The position numbers and the translations under genes were made by a program. 64,000 nt of DNA from an uncultured Candidatus Rokubacteria bacterium (GTDB lineage Bacteria > Methylomirabilota > Methylomirabilia > Rokubacteriales > CSP1-6): positions 2,631,766 to 2,695,765 of the forward strand of contig CAVUPM010000002.1 of NCBI GenBank assembly GCA_963743355.1, read 5' to 3'. Shown one piece after another: positions 47,576 to 55,776 of this stretch. The notes below the pieces were generated by a model. That model saw only the letters and a program-made list of their open reading frames with translations, did not search any database and had not been told where the DNA came from. Positions within the stretch are counted from its first letter, which is position 1, and the number at the start of each line of letters is the position of its first letter.

Positions 47576-49456
47576 TCCTGCCCACCTCCCGGGCCGACCT
47601 CGACGCGCGCGGCTGGGACGCAGCTCGACATCGTCATCGTCAGCGGCGACGCCTACGTCGATCACCCGGCCTTCGGGCCGGTGCTGATCGCGCGCTTCCT
47701 CGAGGGGCGCGGCTTCAAGGTCGGCATCATCGCCCAGCCCGACTGGCGCAGCGCCGAGCCGTTCCGCGCGCTCGGGCAAGCCGCGCCTGTTCTTCGGCAT
47801 CTCCGCCGGCAACCTCGACTCGATGCTCAACCGGCTCACCGCGCAGAAGAAGAACCGCTCGGAGGACCAGTACACCCCCGGCGGCCGCACCGGCTGCCGC
47901 CCCAATCGCGCGACCATCGTCTACGCCCAGCGCTGCCGCGAGGCCTTCCCCGACGTGCCGATCGTGCTCGGCGGCATCGAGGCCTCGCTGCGGCGGATCG
48001 CCCACTACGACTACTGGACCGACACGGTGCGCCGCTCGATCCTGCTCGACGCCAAGGCCGACCTGCTCGTCTTCGGCATGGGCGAGCGGCCGGTCTGGGA
48101 GGTCGCCGACCGCCTGAACCGCGGCGAGCGCATCGCGCGAGATCCGCGACGTGCGCGGCACCGCGTTCCTGATCAACGACGCCGAGATGAAGCGCCACGA
48201 GGCCGATCCGGCGCGCATGGTCGCCGACCGCAAGACCGTGGTGCTGCCGTCGTACGAGGAGGTCGTCGCCGACAAGCGCGCCTTCGCGCTGATGTCGCGC
48301 GCGCTTCCAGCTCGAGACCAACCCGGGCAACGCGCGCCCGCTGCCCCAGCGCCACGGCGAGCGCGGCGTCTACTTCAACCCGCCGGCGCTCCCGCTCGAG
48401 GACGGCGCGGGCAGCGGCGGCGCGTCCGTCTCGATGGACGAGCTCTACGACCTGCCGTTCACGCGCGCGCCGCACCCGACGTACACGGAGCCGATCCCCG
48501 CCTTCGAGACGGTGAAGCACTCGCTCGTGCTCATGCGCGGCTGCTTCGGCGGCTGCACGTTCTGCTCGATCACCGAGCACGAGGGGCGCGTCATCCAGAA
48601 CCGCTCGGCCGAGAGCGTGCTGCGCGAGGTCCGCGCGCTCCGCCGCCAGGGCGACTTCCGCGGCACGATCACCGACCTCGGCGGCCCGACCGCCAACATG
48701 TACAAGATGCGCTGCAAGAGCCCGGAGATCGAGTCGACGTGCCGGCGCCTCTCGTGCGTGCACCCGGGCATCTGCGAGAACCTCAAGACCGATCACGGGC
48801 CGCTGATCGACCTCATGCAGCAGGTGCGCAAGGAAGACGGGCGTCAAGCACGTCTTCATCGCCTCGCGGCGTGCGCTACGACCTCGCCGAGCGCTCGCCC
48901 GAGTTCGTCGACGAGCTGGCCCGGCACCACGTCGGCGGCCAGCTCTCGGTCGCGCCCGAGCACGTGAGCCCGCGCGTGCTCGAGAAGATGAAGAAGCCCG
49001 GCATCGAGAGCTACGAGCGCTTCCAGACGATGTTCGCGTGCGCCAGCGAGGACGCCGGGCAAGGAGCAGTACCTCATCCCCTACTTCATCAGCGGCCACC
49101 CCGGCTCGACGCTGGAGGACATGGTCGAGCTGGCGCTGTAGCTCAAGAAGAACGGGCTGCGGCCGCGCCAGGTGCAGGACTTCATCCCGACGCCGATGTC
49201 GATGGCCACCTGCATGTACTACACGGGCATCGACCCGCTCACCATGCAGCCGGTCTACACCGCCACCGGGCTGCGCGAGAAGAAGCTGCAGAAGGCGCTG
49301 CTGCTCTACTGGAACCCCGAGCAGTGGCCGCTGGCGCGCGAGGCGCTGCGCGAGGCCGGCCGCGCCGATCTGATCGGCAACGGCCCCGACGCGCTGGTGC
49401 CCGCCGAGGGCCCAGCTATGGCAGCAGGTCCGCGACGGCAACCTCGACCGCGCTGA
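47455..49456 (+). pseudogene. ygiQ: YgiQ-family (UPF0313) radical SAM protein, with about 6 frameshifts and an in-frame TAG
   Basis: …[15 protein letters not shown] | [19 protein letters not shown]…[10 protein letters not shown]… | …[23 protein letters not shown]… | …MRGCFGGCTFCSITEHEGR…DLGGPTANMY…CRRLSC… | …HHVGGQLSVAPEHV… | …[31 protein letters not shown]…. TAG replaces the conserved Trp codon at about 49139. The N-terminal codons lie inside repeat F. Confidence 0.7.
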
Positions 49457-50048
49457 CAGCCATCAGTCCGACCGTGGCCGGCGGGGCCAGCGTTGCCACC
49501 GACCGGTACGCCCAGCCCCACGGAGCCGTGGGCTCCGGCGCCGGATCCCGGTGGATCTCCAGGACGCGCTCGACAAGGTTCACGATCCAGTAGTCCGGGA
49601 CACCGGCGCGGGCGTACAGACTGCCTTTGCGCAGGCGATCGAAGCGTAGACTCGACTCGGCCACCTCGACCACGAGCACGGGCCGGCTGGGATGCGCGTC
49701 ACGATAGTCGGAAGGGCGGCCCGGCACCACGAAGACATCCGGCTCCGGTTCAGACTCCTCGTCCAGTGACACGGGGAGCTGAGAACTGACAAGCCACCCC
49801 GGTGGCAGGACGGCCCTCAACGCGTGGTCGACGGTGCGGATCGCGGACGCGTGATAGGCGCTCTGTGGCTCGGCGACGATGAGCTGGCCACCGAGCAGCT
49901 CGAGGGGCTCTCGCTCGAACACACCAAGCGCGACGAGCCGATCGTACTCAGCACGCTTCCAGCGACGGACGGTGAGCGGAATCTGGGTCACGCGGCCAGG
50001 GTAGCCGTTCGGAGATTGCCGGTCAACGACGACAGGTCGATACGCCAC
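49416..50048 (-). CDS. Uma2-family (DUF820) putative endonuclease
   Basis: …PLTVRRWKRAEYDRLVALGVFEREPLELLGGQLIVAEPQSAYHASAI…PDVFVVPGRP…VLVVEVAESSLRFDRLRKGSLYARAGVPDYWIVNLVERVLEIH…. The start could be the GTG at about 50048 or the ATG at about 50129, which would overlap the upstream gene end. Confidence 0.55.
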   Translation of the reverse strand: MAYRPVVVDRQSPNGYPGRVTQIPLTVRRWKRAEYDRLVALGVFEREPLELLGGQLIVAEPQSAYHASAIRTVDHALRAVLPPGWLVSSQLPVSLDEESEPEPDVFVVPGRPSDYRDAHPSRPVLVVEVAESSLRFDRLRKGSLYARAGVPDYWIVNLVERVLEIHRDPAPEPTAPWGWAYRSVATLAPPATVGLMAVSAVEVAVADLLP

Positions 50049-50059
50049 ATCGCCGGGCG

Positions 50060-50554
50060 TCAGATCAGGAACGACAGGTTGGGCAGCGGCTCGGCCGCGT
50101 TCACGAGCACGACCTTCTTGCCGGCTCATCCGCAGCTCGCCGTCCACGCGGCGCAGGCGGTGCGTGGTGCGGCCCACCCACCAGTGCATCTCGTGCTTCG
50201 ACTGCACGGACAGCTCGGCCAGGATGAAGTTCGACTCGACGACCAGCTCGTCGCCGTCCGCCGCCGGTCACCTCGACGTTGGAGATGAGCCGGCGCATGA
50301 GCGAGGCGGGCTCCTGGCTGTGGCGATTCCCCGTCTGCAGCAGCTTGATGCGGGTGTCGATGCGGGCGCGGTTGTCGTAGATGTGCGAGAGGTGCGTGTC
50401 GGGCGTGGCGCGTCGGGTCGGTCGTCGCCGGCACCCAGTACACGCCGTCGTCCGTCCACAGCGCCAGCCACTCGGCGTAGCGCGCCTCGTCGGCCAGGCG
50501 GGCTTCGCGGTAGAGGAACGCGACTGCGGCTCGGTGGTCGGCGTCGGAGACCAT
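50060..50554 (-). pseudogene. Aromatic ring-hydroxylating dioxygenase beta subunit (SnoaL-like fold) with at least 3 frameshifts
   Basis: MVSDADHRAAVAFLYREARLADEARYAEWLALWTDDGVYWVPA | …DTHLSHIYDNRARIDTRIKLLQTGNRHSQEPASLMRRLISNVEVT | …ELSVQSKHEMHWWVGRTTHRLRRVDGELRM | …GKKVVLVNAAEPLPNLSFLI*. Confidence 0.65.
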
Positions 50555-50571
50555 GCGGGCGAGGGCGCGCG

Positions 50572-51754
50572 CTACGCGTCCGTCATCACTGTCCGGTAGT
50601 GGTGCCAGAGGGCCCGGTTCGTCGTCTCGTCGGTGACGTGGGAGACGACGCGGCCCTCGGCGTCGACGTACTCACGGTTCAGGCCGCGGCCCAGCAGCAG
50701 CCACTCCACGGTGCGGGCGTGCAGGCCGGCCTGGTTGCGGCTGGCCACGATCAGGTCCTCCGGCATCAGGAATGAGGCGGGCCCCATGCCGGCCTCGGCC
50801 ATCCGCAGCAGGCGGCCGTTGAACTGCGGGACGCCGGTGAGGAACATCGGCGTGTGCCAGTGGACGCACTCCTCCACGCTGACCGGCTCGACGATGGCGA
50901 TGTTCGTCTCGCCGAGAAAGAGATTCGGGAAGATCAACGCGTGGGCCGGACCCTCCATGATGCGCCGGCGCGTGATCTCCGGTCCGTCCCGGCGCTCCAG
51001 CGCGGCGACGTAGTCGGCGACCCCGGCGCCCGAGGCGTTGCCGAGCCACTCGAACGGGGCCTGGTAGCCGGGCGACCAGTCGATCTCGATGTGGCCGTGG
51101 CCCCAGTCGCGGATCACGGCCTTGATCGACTTCTCGTCGCCCACCACGCGCTGGTACTGGGTGCGGATCGACTTGAACAGGGCGCTGTGCACGAAGCCGA
51201 GGTGGTAGCCGTCGCTGTCGTTCTCGGGCAGCATCTTCCAGTTCGCGGTGCAGCGATGCTTCACCCAGCCCGCCGTCAGCTCGACCTCGCCGGTCGGGCG
51301 AGAGGTCGCACGAGCGGTCGATCAGCCTCGTGGCGGCGCCGAGGTGCTCGACGAGCGTCAGCCCCGTCGGACTCAGGCTCGCGAAGACGAAGCCCCGGTA
51401 GCTCGACACGCGCGCCGCCCGCGCCAGCCCGTGCGCGCTCTTGTCGAATGACGCGTAGCCGCCGGGATAGGGCACGCCGAGCAGCTCGCCGGACAGGTCG
51501 TAGGTCCAGCCGTGGTACGGACAGGCGAACGTACGGACGCTCCCGCGCTCGGCCGGGCACAGCATCGTGCCCCGGTGCATGCACCGGTTGACGAGCACGG
51601 CGATGCCGCCGTCCTTGCCGCGCACCATGATGACGGGCTCACGACCGATGGATCGGGTGACGTAGTCACCCGGGCGCGGGATCTCGCTGTCGTTCCCGCA
51701 GAATCGGTTGCCCCGCCTAGGATACCTGCTAAAAGTGTCACTTGCTTCCTCCAC
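50572..51754 (-). pseudogene. Rieske non-haem iron ring-hydroxylating dioxygenase alpha subunit; frameshifted and lacking its native N-terminus
   Basis: Rieske motif CMHRG…CPYHGW, then the catalytic domain in a second frame (…NWKMLPENDSDGYHLGFVHSALF…). Only about 55 aa precede the Rieske cysteines where about 80-100 are expected, and the first roughly 14 codons lie in AT-richer DNA immediately after a TAA. Confidence 0.7.
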
Positions 51755-51769
51755 TGCGCGCGCTTAGAC

Positions 51770-51795
51770 TAGGGGAACCTGGTGTTGCGCGCAGG
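51770..51795 (-). other. tRNA 3'-end-like segment (T-loop TTCGATCCC plus GC-rich acceptor-like arm), possible att core of the adjacent prophage
   Basis: The minus strand reads …CAGTTCGATCCCTGCGCGCAACACCA. No complete cloverleaf could be folded from the surrounding 110 nt. Confidence 0.3.
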
Positions 51796-51887
51796 GATCG
51801 AACTGGCAGAACATGAGTCCAGAGGATCCCTCCCTCGGCGCAGAAGCAATTCAACGTTCCCCTCATGCCGAGGGAAAGGTCTGCGCC

Positions 51888-52178
51888 ATGGAACAGCAGG
51901 AGAAGCGGTTGTACGAAGTGATGGCAGTCCCGAAGAGCAAGGGTCAGACGGGCAACTACGACACGCAGTGGTATCTGGTGCAAGCGGCATCGGAAGACGA
52001 CGTCCGGAAGATCATGAACGCCCAACCGGATTGCTCACCCTTTGCCGTCGTGCAGACGCAGCCCGTGGACTTCACGGAATTCATGTCGAGCATGAGCCAT
52101 GTCGTGTACCTCGGTACGGTCGACGAACTGAGCGAAGCCGATCTGGCCGAGGTTGTGAACGGTAGGGCTCGGTTGTGA
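51888..52178 (+). CDS. Hypothetical phage protein
   Basis: 96 aa, RBS GAGGGAAAGG. No recognisable motifs. Confidence 0.4.
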   Translation: MEQQEKRLYEVMAVPKSKGQTGNYDTQWYLVQAASEDDVRKIMNAQPDCSPFAVVQTQPVDFTEFMSSMSHVVYLGTVDELSEADLAEVVNGRARL

Positions 52179-52417
52179 CCTGGCTGGAGTTCCGGCAGGC
52201 GGTCGAGAAGGCTGGCGTGCAGGACGAGGACGAGATTCACTTCATCGACACGGAAGGCTTCAAGTGGCAGGTGGACGCCCTGTTAAACACTGGGGTGATC
52301 ACCACGAAGGATTTGGAAACCCTCCACCCTGACCTGGAGTACGGCTGGGCCCACGAGAAGCTGCTCGTCGAGAAGTCGTGGCAAGGCGTCACCATCGTGG
52401 CGCCAGTCCCCGAGTAG
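52175..52417 (+). CDS. Hypothetical phage protein
   Basis: 80 aa. The start overlaps the upstream stop. An imperfect stem-loop follows it. Confidence 0.4.
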   Translation: MTWLEFRQAVEKAGVQDEDEIHFIDTEGFKWQVDALLNTGVITTKDLETLHPDLEYGWAHEKLLVEKSWQGVTIVAPVPE

Positions 52418-52565
52418 AAGTAGCCTGACGTACCCCTGGGTGGTGGCCACCATGGCTGCCGCCCAGGTTCTTCACCCTTAAGAAAGCCCGGCCGATAGGG
52501 CGATCCAGCATCCTCCCCTTCGAAAAGTGACCAATAGTGGGCGTGCTTGGCCAAGGAGGCAGACC

Positions 52566-53273
52566 ATGAGGAAGTCCAGTCAGAAGCGTCCTGTCCTTCG
52601 TTCGACTGATCGTCCTGTTCTGCGTTCGACCGATCCAGACGTCACCATCCGCCAGGAGCTGGGCGGGACAGTCTACGGCCTGCGCGGCAGGACCAGCCCG
52701 CACCTGCTGGCACTTCTGGAGGGGACTCGCTTCGACGATCCTCAGGAACGTGAGCTGGCCGAGATCGCCGGGCTCGTGCCCCGGAGGCCCACTGTGGAGT
52801 CTGTAGCGGCCCTGCCGCAGCCCATGCCCACCGGCCCGGCACCCGGTGCCCCCTCGCTGCCATCGCTGCCTGGCGAGCTCGACCAGGCCCAGTGGGACCT
52901 CTGGGAGCAGCAGTTCCGGGACGAACAAGGGATCGACATCGGCAGTGCCTTCGTGAAGGCTCCCAAGCTGGGCACCAAGGAGAAGCTACGGCAGTACTAC
53001 CTCACCTTGCTGCTCCCAGCCTTGGAGGCGAGAGCACCAGTGTGGTGGAAGGTCCTCAGTCTCCTTCACGAGAAGTCTCCTGCGGATCTCTCCTGGTTCG
53101 AGCTTGGTAGTCGGGAGCTGGCGCGAGTTGCCGGGGTTGGTAAGGGTCGAGTCAGTGAAGCGATTGACCACCTTCACGAGCTGGGGCTGATAGAGATGAA
53201 GAAGGGTTTCTTCAAGGACGGCAAGCCCAAGGAGGGTGTCCGTCCGCGGTACCGACTGGTAGCTCGGGCGTAA
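52566..53273 (+). CDS. Phage protein with a C-terminal winged-helix/HTH-like segment (possible replication or regulatory DNA-binding protein)
   Basis: 235 aa, RBS AAGGAGG. The C-terminus …LSWFELGSRELARVAGVGKGRVSEAIDHLHELGLIEMKK is HTH-like. It lies directly upstream of the GGGCCC repeat array. Confidence 0.45.
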   Translation: MRKSSQKRPVLRSTDRPVLRSTDPDVTIRQELGGTVYGLRGRTSPHLLALLEGTRFDDPQERELAEIAGLVPRRPTVESVAALPQPMPTGPAPGAPSLPSLPGELDQAQWDLWEQQFRDEQGIDIGSAFVKAPKLGTKEKLRQYYLTLLLPALEARAPVWWKVLSLLHEKSPADLSWFELGSRELARVAGVGKGRVSEAIDHLHELGLIEMKKGFFKDGKPKEGVRPRYRLVARA

Positions 53274-53436
53274 CGGGCCCCACCACGGGCCCGTGGGTAC
53301 TGCCCTTCTGGGAACGGCCCCGGCTACGGGCCCGTTGCTACAACGTCCTGGGGAACGGGCCCGCCACGGGCCCAATGCTTCTTCTCTCTAGGAGAATAAC
53401 AGAAGAACAACGATTGGGCCCGCCACGGGCCCGTGC
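53274..53436 (+). repeat. Array of four roughly 23-bp units, each carrying two GGGCCC hexamers (iteron/operator-like)
   Basis: ACGGGCCCCACCACGGGCCCGTGG, ACGGCCCCGGCTACGGGCCCGTTG, ACGGGCCCGCCACGGGCCCAATG, TTGGGCCCGCCACGGGCCCGTGC. Confidence 0.75.
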
Positions 53437-53449
53437 GCGAGGAGATACG

Positions 53450-53743
53450 ATGACCCCATACGAATTGACTGATGCAGTCGCGAAGAAGCTGGGTGTCGAT
53501 CATCGCCAGGCTTCAGCCGTTCTACGTAATCTCTACGCCGTCATGCGCGATGCATTGTGTGAAGGCGATGACGTCCCTCTGGATGGAGTCGGTCGTCTTA
53601 TCCCACGTGACGCACCCACACGAGTCTGCAGAATCCCAAACGGACCGCTCTGGACGGTTCCCTTCAGCATGACAGTCAAGCTCAAGCCATCGGCACGCTT
53701 ACGAGACCGTATGACGAACTCATTGATCAAGAAGAGTACCTGA
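53450..53743 (+). CDS. HU/IHF-like (bacterial histone-like) DNA-binding protein
   Basis: 97 aa. MTPYELTDAVAKKLGVDHRQASAVLRNLYAVMRDALCEGDDVPLDGVGRLIPRDAPTRVCRIPNGPLWTVPFSMTVKLKPSARLRD has the HU architecture (helix-turn-helix dimerisation region followed by a beta-arm with RNP). Confidence 0.7.
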   Translation: MTPYELTDAVAKKLGVDHRQASAVLRNLYAVMRDALCEGDDVPLDGVGRLIPRDAPTRVCRIPNGPLWTVPFSMTVKLKPSARLRDRMTNSLIKKST

Positions 53744-54236
53744 TGCCTACGGTCGACACCGAACATGACTACGGACGTCAGGTCCCCCCAGATCTGTACC
53801 TTGACCATCGTCGCCCAGGGTTCGCACAGTATGAACGTGATGGACTGATCTTCTACGACATCCCTACGAAGGCAGTCGTAATCAACGTTGACCCTGAGGT
53901 ACTGGCAGTCGCTTAACCTGTGCGCCCTAGGGCAGGGTGATCCAATCTTCAGCCCTCCCAGACCTACCCTATGGTTCGTGTTCAAGCCAAGGTCGCTAGT
54001 CTGCCCAGGTGCCTACTCGTATCCCTTCCGTACCGTAGCTGGACACGCTTAACCGTGTGCAGGAACCAAGTCCCGAGGAGAAGGGCCATGGTAACCACGT
54101 TCATCGCGATCGTGTGGGTAGCAGTACAAGTGCGGACGCTGCACTACGGTAGGTCACGTCACGGTTTACGTTCCCGAGACGTGCACGACTTCCTACGTGC
54201 CTGTCTACGTGCCGTCGGCCCACGGAGAGCTAAACC

Positions 54237-54524
54237 ATGAACACCCTGGAGAAGCAGTACAACGACTGGCGACAGAGCTACCCGTGGGTTTACGAACGGT
54301 TCAAGCAACTCGCCGAGGAACGCATCCGGCTGAATCGCAGGTTCGGGATGAAGGCACTGGCCGAGCGTGTGCGCTGGGATATCCCGTTGAACATCCCGAA
54401 GTACGACGGCTACCGGATCAACAACAACCTCGTCGCGTACCTGGCCAGGGAACTCAAGCGTGACCTGCCTGGCCTGGACAAGCTGATCGAGACACGCAGC
54501 GTACAAGGCGAGAGAACAACGTGA
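54237..54524 (+). CDS. Hypothetical phage protein
   Basis: 95 aa. Upstream is an untranslated region rich in ACGTG motifs. Confidence 0.45.
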   Translation: MNTLEKQYNDWRQSYPWVYERFKQLAEERIRLNRRFGMKALAERVRWDIPLNIPKYDGYRINNNLVAYLARELKRDLPGLDKLIETRSVQGERTT

Positions 54525-54526
54525 AG

Positions 54527-54697
54527 ATGCCATTCGGCAAGTTCAGGGGTATGGACCTAGCCGACATCCCCCAGCAGTACCTGGAGTGGCTCGTCAAGAA
54601 GATGCAGGCGGAGTCACCGGCCAACGATCCACTCCTGGTCGCCATGAGGAACGAGGCAGCATTCCGTAGGCAATGTGCACGCGCTACCCATGTGTGA
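54527..54697 (+). CDS. Small phage protein with a DUF3820-like motif
   Basis: 56 aa. MPFGKFRGMDLADIPQQYLEWLVKK matches the KFGKYKG…YLxWL signature of DUF3820 proteins. Confidence 0.4.
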   Translation: MPFGKFRGMDLADIPQQYLEWLVKKMQAESPANDPLLVAMRNEAAFRRQCARATHV

Positions 54698-54857
54698 AGA
54701 CATCGTCCACACGTTCGCGACCGAGCAGAGCGAGGATGGAACTCCCATCGTTCCCCAGCCAGACGTACGGTGCGAGTGTGGCCTCGTCACGTGGGGAGGA
54801 GTGGACCATGCGTTGGAAGATCTCCTCGCGCTAGAGCAGCTGTGGAAGACGTGATGC

Positions 54858-55190
54858 ATGCCTACTCGTCCTCCTCGTCCGTGCCTCACTGCTGGCTGTC
54901 CTGAACTCGTAACGGATGGTCGCTGTCCTGCCCATGCCAAGGAGCAGGACCTAGGTCGTCGTCCTGCCTGGGTACGCACGCTCTACTCCTCGTACCGATG
55001 GCAGAAGCTCCGCGACTGGAAGCGTAGCGTCAACCCGTTGTGCCAGTACTGCGAGGACGAGGGGTCAGTCACTCCGGCTACGTCCGTCGACCACGTGATC
55101 CCGTTGGAGCAGGAGCCGACGCTCGCCTTCAACGCAGAGAACCTACGTAGCTGCTGTGCGCACCATCAGCGATCCAAACGCAGGATGTGA
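54858..55190 (+). CDS. HNH endonuclease (phage packaging-associated)
   Basis: 110 aa with Cys pairs (CPELVTDGRCPAH…CQYCEDEG) and HNH residues (…SVDHVIPL…NLRSCCAHHQ). Located just upstream of the terminase genes. Confidence 0.75.
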   Translation: MPTRPPRPCLTAGCPELVTDGRCPAHAKEQDLGRRPAWVRTLYSSYRWQKLRDWKRSVNPLCQYCEDEGSVTPATSVDHVIPLEQEPTLAFNAENLRSCCAHHQRSKRRM

Positions 55191-55298
55191 TCGTCGGGGA
55201 GCCGTCCCAATTTTCCATCGGGCATCTTTACCACGCCCTACTGCCCGCTCTTTTCCGTGCTTCAGAGATAAACGTGTCGTTTCCATGACAGGAGACCC

Positions 55299-55772
55299 AT
55301 GCCCACAGGTGTTCACGATGGCATCCGAGGACCAGCTCCGACTCCGAGTGCTATCGGCAAGCTGATCAACGGTCACCAGCCAGATCCCCGTGAGCCACAG
55401 GTCATTCCCGCGTCGAAGACTCGGCTGCCGCGTGGCTTGGCTGGCTGGCGTGCGAAGGAACTCTACCGGACGTTCACAGAGTGGCTCTCGCAGATCGGCA
55501 TGCTCGGCACGGTCGATGTCCATGCGCTCGTCCTGGCCTGCAACGAATGGGCGCAGGGCGAGTCGCTGTACCAGCAGTACATGTGCGAGCCGTGGAAGAA
55601 GGACCGGTTCGGCATCCTGGTACTGAACCCCGCACGACGGGCCGCGATGGACGCGTTCGGGGCCGCAGAGAAAATCTTCAAGCAGTTCGGGATCGGGTCC
55701 CCAGCTGAACGATCGCGGATGAAGACTCCCCAGGAGAAGCCCAAGAGCAGATGGTCGGGGCTGATTTCGTAG
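55299..55772 (+). CDS. Putative terminase small subunit (P27-family-like)
   Basis: 157 aa, assigned by its position between the HNH and TerL genes and its helical composition. The assignment is by synteny. Confidence 0.5.
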   Translation: MPTGVHDGIRGPAPTPSAIGKLINGHQPDPREPQVIPASKTRLPRGLAGWRAKELYRTFTEWLSQIGMLGTVDVHALVLACNEWAQGESLYQQYMCEPWKKDRFGILVLNPARRAAMDAFGAAEKIFKQFGIGSPAERSRMKTPQEKPKSRWSGLIS

Positions 55773-55776
55773 CCGG

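Noticed and set aside
51770-51880. A complete tRNA gene on the minus strand at the prophage boundary
   Set aside because: There is a T-loop-like TTCGATCCC and a CCA end, but no consistent acceptor, D or anticodon stems could be formed. It is retained only as a possible att-site tRNA fragment.
53533-53985. A 150-aa minus-strand ORF in the prophage early region
   Set aside because: It overlaps the HU-like gene and a small plus-strand ORF in antisense, with no RBS or motifs. The neighbouring genes are all on the plus strand.
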